A stretch of 64,000 nt of DNA, taken from Hyphomicrobiales bacterium (GTDB taxonomy: Bacteria; Pseudomonadota; Alphaproteobacteria; Rhizobiales; NORP267). The translations under genes were made by a program, and so were the position numbers. This document shows, one piece after another, positions 58,110 to 64,000 of the stretch. Within the stretch, counting starts at the first letter, position 1, and the number at the start of each line of letters is the position of its first letter. The DNA lies in the NCBI GenBank assembly GCA_021775875.1, contig JAJFHA010000002.1:230228-294227 (forward strand), given 5' to 3'. The notes under the pieces were generated by a model. The model saw nothing but the letters and a program-made list of their open reading frames with translations, did not search any database and was not told the origin of the DNA.

Positions 58110-58832
58110 ATGATGAGTGACAGGCCTGAACACCCAGAACCTGTGCCGACATCAACGCAGTTGGCGGTTCTTCCTTTCTTGGCTGCCTTAGAAGGATACC
58201 TGGCCCAAGCATCTGATGGAAAAGATTTGCGTGTCACTATGCACCGGGTGATGGCCCGTGAAAAACACCGCTATATTCAGCAAATATGTACATACTTAGG
58301 TAGCGAGTCGAACTTGGATAGCGTTGGAAAACAGAGAATAAGGGCCGGGCGACTTTTCCCCGCTAACACTGGCCTAATGGGCAAGGCGATTCATGAAAAG
58401 AGAGTGTTTCGGACTAAGCATTTTGAGAACGATCAAGCACTTGAAGAAGAATTGAAAAAAGACCTTGAAACAACAGGCTCTGGTCGCACAGTTGATGAGG
58501 TGGCAAAATCCTACTTGTCAATACCTTTTTTAGGTTCGGACCTAAGTCCAGTCCTAGTGCTATATGCAGATAGCCAGAAATTGAACTTCTTCGCCGATGA
58601 TGATCGTGTGTATGCAGTCTTGAATATGTGTGAGGGTTTTTGTCGGTTTTTCGATTGGCTTGCAACCGAAGAACCGTTCAGTACCCTAAGAAATTTTTTG
58701 ACACCGGATCAGGAATTCAAAACAACCGAGTCAACTGCATACGAAAACGTGCAAGAGCTGATTGACGTTGATTTGCCGAAATTCAAGTTTATACGGTCCT
58801 TCAATTACGAAACCACCTCTAGTCAGGCGTAG
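58110..58832 (+). CDS. GAF-like small-molecule-binding domain protein
   Basis: Start placed at Met16 (MMSDRPE) behind GAGG, 15 nt after the upstream stop. Pattern LRVTMHRV...FPANTGLMGKAIHEKRVFRT...SYLSIPFLGSDLSPVLVLYADS...FF is GAF-like by eye. Confidence 0.5.
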   Translation: MMSDRPEHPEPVPTSTQLAVLPFLAALEGYLAQASDGKDLRVTMHRVMAREKHRYIQQICTYLGSESNLDSVGKQRIRAGRLFPANTGLMGKAIHEKRVFRTKHFENDQALEEELKKDLETTGSGRTVDEVAKSYLSIPFLGSDLSPVLVLYADSQKLNFFADDDRVYAVLNMCEGFCRFFDWLATEEPFSTLRNFLTPDQEFKTTESTAYENVQELIDVDLPKFKFIRSFNYETTSSQA

Positions 58833-59120
58833 GTTAACGAAATCTCGCTATTTGAGACTGCTGTGCCCGCTGTGTTTTCTTGAAAATTGGGTTTGCAGTC
58901 CCTGTACCCTGGCCAAGCCCAAGTTGGACTGCATTACTCAAAGCGTCTTAGTATCAGTATGAAAGTCCAATTCTGGGAAGTGAAGTGTGGGTGTTGCATA
59001 TGCAGCCGAAGTCTCCTTTCCCACCATTTTGGTCACTATACGCATTACAACGAGAGACCGAATTGGGTCAGGAACTGCGCACGAATTGACCAACATCGTC
59101 CAGATGATCCGCACCCAAGA

Positions 59121-60335
59121 TCAAATGCAGTTACGTCCAATTAGGCCCAATGTTTGAGGGTCTTGAAATCCCATCATAAACCCGTTGCTAACGCTTTCAT
59201 TTGCATGACTGAATGGCCAGGATTCAACAAAACTGATGCTTCTGATATTTGACCATTCGCCTTCGTTAATAGGAATGCGCAACATGTAAACAGTATGGGG
59301 CTCGTTTTCATAGCTTACAGAACCCAGAACTTGAAATGTGCCAACGCGGGTAAAATTTCCGAGGTCGAATTCAAAACTTGCACCATTCCATCGATCAACA
59401 TTTGCACCGGATGGCATCGATACAGACACTGACATTGAATTGTCGCGACACTGGACTCGTCTGATAATTGGGCGGTTCAAATAATAGCCCGTGCTTTGTG
59501 CCGTCAGAACGCCTTGAAATTGCGTCAGGCCAAACGGCTCATCCGACCTAGTATTGATAACTCTCAATTCTTTTGCCTCCCCCACAGACAAGAGTCGAAT
59601 TCCACTGCCAGCGATCGGAGACGTTGCCGCCGCGAGCGCCGCAACGCGCGGGCTGGCACCCATTTTATCTACATAACCGACAACAATGCCGGTCAGTCTT
59701 TGCGTCTCAGCTAGGTCTTCGTAGGTGGCAACAGGGACCTCTGGATTCTCGATGATATCCAACAAACGTGGATCGTAAAATTGATGAATGCCGTATGAAT
59801 CAGCATTGTAAAAACTCCGTTCAAATCCACCGAGAAAGGCATAGGCGCAGGCCGAATAGCATTGCCCAGAATTCAGTTCTTCCAACTCCATGAAGCTATC
59901 CTCAGAAAGAGGAACAGAAATAGTTTCCCCGATACCGGTATTCAGGAAACGCTTCCGGATGATACTTCCCAATCTCAGTCCGCCCAAAAGATTCCCACCC
60001 GGTGAGTTAAAAAAGACTCTCGCTCTAAAATTAATGCCTGCATCATCCAGCCAATTTAAAAATTGATCAGGCGTGTCCTGGGTTATTTTTCCTTCAGCAG
60101 AAATCCATTCACTTCCAGCCATATTGCCACCGCTGCTGGCGTAACAGAAAGTCATTGGTGCACTGTAACGATTATCAGCGCGACAAACCTCTTTGTTGGT
60201 TTCCCACCAGCCATCACTTCTGGCCACAGCCAAGGGAGCCAAGATTGTGCTAAAAATACAAAAGAAAAAAAGCCGCGTAAATTTCAAAAGAACTCCATGG
60301 CTAGGGTAAAAAAACATTGTTGAATTCGTGAACAC
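59121..60335 (-). CDS. Secreted ClpP/SppA-fold (COG3904-type 'predicted periplasmic') protein with extra C-terminal beta domain
   Basis: 404 aa with an N-terminal hydrophobic signal. FFNSPGGNLLGGLRLGSIIRK and CYSACAYAFLGG resemble the ClpP/NfeD/SppA oxyanion and Ser regions. Confidence 0.55.
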   Translation of the reverse strand: MFTNSTMFFYPSHGVLLKFTRLFFFCIFSTILAPLAVARSDGWWETNKEVCRADNRYSAPMTFCYASSGGNMAGSEWISAEGKITQDTPDQFLNWLDDAGINFRARVFFNSPGGNLLGGLRLGSIIRKRFLNTGIGETISVPLSEDSFMELEELNSGQCYSACAYAFLGGFERSFYNADSYGIHQFYDPRLLDIIENPEVPVATYEDLAETQRLTGIVVGYVDKMGASPRVAALAAATSPIAGSGIRLLSVGEAKELRVINTRSDEPFGLTQFQGVLTAQSTGYYLNRPIIRRVQCRDNSMSVSVSMPSGANVDRWNGASFEFDLGNFTRVGTFQVLGSVSYENEPHTVYMLRIPINEGEWSNIRSISFVESWPFSHANESVSNGFMMGFQDPQTLGLIGRNCI

Positions 60336-60427
60336 TAAAACTCAGACCTATCCATTGTGGCGGCATCCTACTGTATTTTGGAATGACTATCAGACCGGCT
60401 AAATTATTAGAGAATAACTTAGCCGCC

Positions 60428-60673
60428 CTATTGACAATTTAGCCTTCTCCGCACTTCCAAACAGCCATCAACATACCCGTCAGCCCAACCCAAGCCAGCT
60501 TGGGCCTCCTTGCTATTATCCATACTCCAATAATTTGGATTGCAGCGGCACAATTGTGACTCTGCTTCAGCCCAACCACTATCATATTTTTCTTCAGATA
60601 CTTCGCTTTCGAGACAGGCCGCAAGAGGAAGTATTGCGATTGAAATCACAATTAACCGAACAAAAATTTGCAT
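60428..60673 (-). CDS. Small lipoprotein (81 aa)
   Basis: Internal Met of ORF 60428..60994. MQIFVRLIVISIAILPLAAC has a lipobox L-A-A-C. Four further Cys in the mature part. Confidence 0.5.
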   Translation of the reverse strand: MQIFVRLIVISIAILPLAACLESEVSEEKYDSGWAEAESQLCRCNPNYWSMDNSKEAQAGLGWADGYVDGCLEVRRRLNCQ

Positions 60674-60764
60674 ACTAGATTTTTCCCTTCTTGAGGTTGC
60701 TCCATATGCTGGACCATGACTTAAAGTGATTTCCGGCCTTATAGACACCATCAGCCGGTTGGGG

Positions 60765-60994
60765 TTGCCATTGGATTTGATGGACTCCATCGGCGTTTTC
60801 TGGCCGATTGAGCTGTGCGGGTGTTCGTAATTGCAGTCATGTCTGAACACCCCGCATTTTACCTGAGCATCGGCCAGTGACAAGAACCATTTCTGATCGA
60901 TGCATTCTGCCCTGACCTTGCCGTAGAGTGCCCCCAAAAAACTGGTGTCGGTGGGCTTGCTTGGTCGTGAAAAGTCCAGAATCACCCCATTCAT
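60765..60994 (-). pseudogene. 3'-terminal remnant of an IS3-family transposase (OrfB integrase-core C-terminus)
   Basis: SRPSKPTDTSFLGALYGKVRAECIDQKWFLSLADAQVKCGVFRHDCNYEHPHSSIGQKTPMES parallels the IS3 OrfB C-terminus (SRPG.P.DNA..ESFN...R.E......F.SL.DA......W...YN..RPHS.LG..TP.E). No DDE core, OrfA or frameshift site upstream. Confidence 0.7.
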
Positions 60995-61197
60995 GTAAGT
61001 CCTCGGTAAATATCTGGCCTTCTACAACACTTAGAGACCGCATTCATCGCATGACTGGCAGATGCCCGATCAGGCTAAGTTCAAACTGAGACACATCAAA
61101 ATTAATTATTTTGTCCTCACTCTGGATTGATTGAATGCAGAACACGTAGTGAACTCCGACACATATTTTAAATTGTATTGTCGAAATCCGCTCCTGC

Positions 61198-62439
61198 TCA
61201 TACGTCATCGCTAATTGGTGCCAAATTGGGCACGGAATGGGTATCCGGTGAGACACCAGTGTCCATGTTCATTTTACGAGCGATATCGCCGCTGACGCGC
61301 TCCCTTGCGGCTCTCTCGGGCGATTGCCCGATGTGGGCATACCGCTCTGTTGTGGATGATTGCGAGTGCCCTAGTAATTTTCCGATCATGGGAAGCGACA
61401 TGCCGCCAGCTGCCGCAGTGGAGGCATAAGAATGTCTAAGATCATGGATACGCAAATCGTCGAGGCCTATCTCAGAACGAAGCTTACGCCATATTTTTGG
61501 TAAACCTTGATAGAATCCATTTTTACCGGTGCCGGGCAGGAGAAATGGATTTCCAATCATTTTATGATGCAACTCCAGCTTGTTTAGGATGCTTGTCTCA
61601 GATTGCGACAGTTGTATGGTGCGAGCACCTGTTTTCGTGTCGGGTAGATAGAGGAGATGCTGCTCTTTATCCCAATCGTTCCACCGCGCTTTGACGATTT
61701 CGCTGTACCGGCAACCTGTAAGCAATAGGAGCCGGATTGCCGCTACAGCAAGTGGATAATTTTTTTCTGCTGTCATCAGAGTTTTGCTAAGCCGCTCGAA
61801 TTCCTCGTTCGACAAATAACGCTCTCTTTTGTTTTCGCGATACTTCTCGATATCGCTTACCGGGTTTTCGCCGGTATAGATCTTCGCCTTTCTCAAATAC
61901 GAAAACATCGAACTCAAGACTGACAAAAGGTAATTTGCCATGCGCGGTTTGCTGTTTAACTTCCGATGCAAAGCTGAGATGGCGGCGTGGTCAACTTTGT
62001 CAATTTTCATATTTGCAAACGCTGGCAGAAGATGATTCTTGGCGAGGTTCCGATAGTCCCGAATGGTTTTCGCCTTCCGCTTGGATTCTACATGCTGTTG
62101 CAGAAATATCTCCCATGCCTGCGAGAAATTCAGCATCAGCTTGTCTGCATCCCGTACGGCTTGCGGGTCTTCTCCCAACTCGGCCATCGATAGATAGTTT
62201 TTGGCCTTGCCCCGCGCATCTCGCGCCGAAACTAAATCCGCTCGACCGACCGATACCCATCGATAGGTGGTGCTTGGACGAACGCGGTATTTGACAACAA
62301 ATGTCCTGGTCGTTTTTCCCCTAATCGAAGTAATGCACCGGCACCCGAACCCGGCGAGATCAGTATCCCATGCCGTCAGGCGCTTCCCCGGTGGCGGGTT
62401 TAGATGGCCAATGGAGGTGTCGTTGAGTTTGAGTTTCAT
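61198..62439 (-). CDS. int: Tyrosine-type site-specific integrase (P4/DUF4102-type N-terminus)
   Basis: 413 aa. N-terminal arm-binding-like LTAWDTDLAGFGCRC...TFVVKYR, core-binding SAM-like region, catalytic LLLLTGCRYSEI, HDLRHSYAS, LGHSQSSTTERYAH (Tyr nucleophile). Confidence 0.9.
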   Translation of the reverse strand: MKLKLNDTSIGHLNPPPGKRLTAWDTDLAGFGCRCITSIRGKTTRTFVVKYRVRPSTTYRWVSVGRADLVSARDARGKAKNYLSMAELGEDPQAVRDADKLMLNFSQAWEIFLQQHVESKRKAKTIRDYRNLAKNHLLPAFANMKIDKVDHAAISALHRKLNSKPRMANYLLSVLSSMFSYLRKAKIYTGENPVSDIEKYRENKRERYLSNEEFERLSKTLMTAEKNYPLAVAAIRLLLLTGCRYSEIVKARWNDWDKEQHLLYLPDTKTGARTIQLSQSETSILNKLELHHKMIGNPFLLPGTGKNGFYQGLPKIWRKLRSEIGLDDLRIHDLRHSYASTAAAGGMSLPMIGKLLGHSQSSTTERYAHIGQSPERAARERVSGDIARKMNMDTGVSPDTHSVPNLAPISDDV

Positions 62440-62661
62440 TGGTCGAACCTGTTTTCTCGAAGTGGCTAGCTACGGCGCGCTTTTAGTCGCTCCAAATTTT
62501 TGGTGCTACGGACGGTGCTACGTCCATCATAGGCATGTTTCATCCATTTTATGAAGGGGCAATAATGGAGAATAGCTGAAAAAACGCAGAAATCCCGCGT
62601 AAAATACATCGCTGCGTCTAAATAATTGGGCTGGATCGCAACTAGAATGGGAGTCCTGCTA

Positions 62662-62725
62662 ACTCTTAATCAGCGGGTCCGGGGTTCGAGCCCCCGCGCG
62701 CCTACCAAAGAAATCAAAGACTTAG
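62662..62725 (+). repeat. attR-side direct repeat: displaced 3' half of tRNA-Lys (not a functional tRNA)
   Basis: aactcttaatcagcgggtccggggttcgagcccccgcgcgcctaccaaagaaatcaaagacttag. There is no matching 5' acceptor or D arm upstream, and the anticodon stem is broken. Confidence 0.8.
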
Positions 62726-62903
62726 GTCAATATGTTGTAGCATAGAAAGAGAACGAGAGACACTTTTGGGGTCTCATGGTCTCGGGTGAGATTTTTGTTC
62801 TTTACTTCTTCAAGTCGGCTCGGTCCAGATTGCAGGGGAGCTTGACGCTTTGAGGGCTCATATCAACCAGTTTCTCGAAGATATTGAGACGACCTGTCTG
62901 GAA

Positions 62904-64000
62904 TTAAATTGCGATTTTGATCGCGGTATCGAGTTTCTCCACCAGTTCCTCTATTTGTTCGGCCTTGATGATATAAGGCGGAGCGAGTAGCACGTGGTCG
63001 CCGCTGACCCCGTCCACCGTACCGCCCATGGGGTAGCAGATCAGGCCAGCTTCGAAGGCTGCCTGCTTGATTTTTTTGTTTATGCCCAATGCCGGGTCAA
63101 ACGGTGTCTTTTGCGCGCGGTCCTGTACCAGTTCGATGCCCCGGAACAGGCCTCTGCCCCGAATATCGCCGATATGCGGGTTCTGGCCAAAGGTTTCATT
63201 GAGCGCCATTTGAAGCATGTCGCCTATTTCGCGCACGCGTGAGACAAGATTGCGCTCAAGGATTGCTCTCAAAACCGCGTGAGATGCGGCGCAAGCAACG
63301 GGATGACCAAGATAAGTGTGCCCATGCTGGAAAAATCCGGAACCCTGCTCGATGGCAGCGTATATTTCACCTGAACAAAGCATGGCACCGATCGGCTGGT
63401 AGCCGGCGCCCAGCCCTTTGGCAACTGTCATGATATCCGGCGAGATATCTTCCTGCTCGCTTGCAAACAGTGAGCCGGTTCGGCCCATGCCGCACATCAC
63501 TTCATCCAGGATAAGCAATATCCCGTATTTGTCGCATATTTCGCGAACCCTTTTAAAATAACCGGGAACCGGTGGCACCGCACCCAGGGTCGCGCCGACA
63601 ACCGGTTCAGCCATAAAGGCCATAACGGTGTCTGGACCAAGACGCAGGATTTCTGTTTCAAGTTCGTTCGCCACGCGCTGCCCGTATTCGTGGGCCGTTT
63701 CCCCGTCATCCCGTCCCCGATATTCGTAACAGGGAGAAATATGTGTGGTCTCGGCCAGCAAGGGCGCGAACGGCTTGCGCCGCAAATGATTTCCGCCAGC
63801 CGCCAACGCTCCTAGCGTATTGCCGTGGTAGCTCTGTTTACGGGCGATAAGGCGGCACCGTTCAGGCTCTCCCTTTTCGATATGATATTGTCGGGCAAGT
63901 TTGATCGCCGCTTCTACAGCTTCCGACCCGCCGGATACCAGATATACCCGGTCAATTCCCGCTGGCGCATGTCCGATCAGAAGATCAGCCAGCATCTCTG
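62904..64000 (-). CDS. Class III (omega/aspartate-aminotransferase-family) PLP aminotransferase, N-terminus outside the window
   Basis: LILDEVMCGMGRTG, PLP-Lys DIMTVAKGLGAGYQP, SGGSEAVEAAIKLAR. The frame is open to the window edge. Confidence 0.85.
   Translation of the reverse strand, partial: EMLADLLIGHAPAGIDRVYLVSGGSEAVEAAIKLARQYHIEKGEPERCRLIARKQSYHGNTLGALAAGGNHLRRKPFAPLLAETTHISPCYEYRGRDDGETAHEYGQRVANELETEILRLGPDTVMAFMAEPVVGATLGAVPPVPGYFKRVREICDKYGILLILDEVMCGMGRTGSLFASEQEDISPDIMTVAKGLGAGYQPIGAMLCSGEIYAAIEQGSGFFQHGHTYLGHPVACAASHAVLRAILERNLVSRVREIGDMLQMALNETFGQNPHIGDIRGRGLFRGIELVQDRAQKTPFDPALGINKKIKQAAFEAGLICYPMGGTVDGVSGDHVLLAPPYIIKAEQIEELVEKLDTAIKIAI

Larger units (their letters stand above)
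50116..62725. mobile_element. tRNA-Lys-integrated genomic island (integrase-bearing, non-phage cargo), about 12.6 kb
   Basis: Bounded by the tRNA 3' half and its 64-bp imperfect direct repeat. Tyrosine integrase at 61198-62439. Spot GC counts on single 60-nt lines gave about 35% inside versus about 55% in flanking core. Core genes leuA and an aminotransferase flank it. Confidence 0.8.

Noticed and set aside
60428-60994. 188-aa ORF taken as one gene
   Set aside because: The N-terminal third is an IS3 transposase C-terminus and the last 81 codons are a separate lipoprotein with its own Met and signal peptide. It is treated as a pseudogene remnant plus a small CDS.
62650-62707. A possible second tRNA-Lys gene
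   Set aside because: Only the anticodon loop, variable loop, T arm and 3' acceptor strand are present. No 5' acceptor strand or D arm precedes it, and the anticodon stem does not pair. It is interpreted as the displaced att duplication.
50116-62725. Island considered as a prophage or ICE
   Set aside because: No capsid, tail, terminase, lysis, repressor, relaxase, T4SS or replication genes could be read. Only an integrase, an IS stump and cargo genes are present.

Overview
The window is about 50 kb of alphaproteobacterial core chromosome interrupted by one accessory island. The alphaproteobacterial call rests on a circularly permuted two-piece tmRNA gene with an ANDN-type tag, plus the gene set recN-ligA, uvrD, fumC, thyA-folA, hflKC-degP, serB/miaA, ilvBN-ilvC and leuA. 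Core genes are densely packed and mostly confidently assignable from catalytic motifs. Non-ORF features I could read directly are: the permuted ssrA (about 22470-22800, minus strand); an ilv leader-peptide attenuator (38800-38903); a candidate MarR operator pair inside a promoter (9096-9139); an in-frame hexanucleotide microsatellite in a giant AsmA-like gene (18234-18341); a perfect 19-bp-arm bidirectional terminator after leuA; and tRNA-Lys(CUU) at 50040-50115. Directly downstream of that tRNA lies a roughly 12.6-kb AT-richer island (about 50116-62725). It is bounded by an imperfect 64-bp direct repeat of the tRNA 3' half and carries a tyrosine integrase at its far end. The island has no phage structural genes. 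Its cargo is: (i) a translationally coupled three-gene operon on the minus strand, made of a DUF4338/DruA-like protein, an 856-aa Zn-ribbon + Hanks-type kinase + P-loop NTPase fusion, and a 336-aa unknown protein with an internally repeated Rossmann-like motif; (ii) a divergent FAD/NAD(P)-oxidoreductase + GAF-like pair; (iii) a ClpP/SppA-fold periplasmic protein, a small lipoprotein and an IS3 transposase remnant; and (iv) about 1.8 kb with no convincing gene, including about 800 bp with no ORF of 60 aa or more in any frame. The three-gene operon is my best candidate for an undescribed system, probably anti-phage or abortive-infection. All family assignments are from motif reading by eye. No HMM, BLAST or folding computation was possible, and coordinates of non-ORF features may be off by 1-2 nt.
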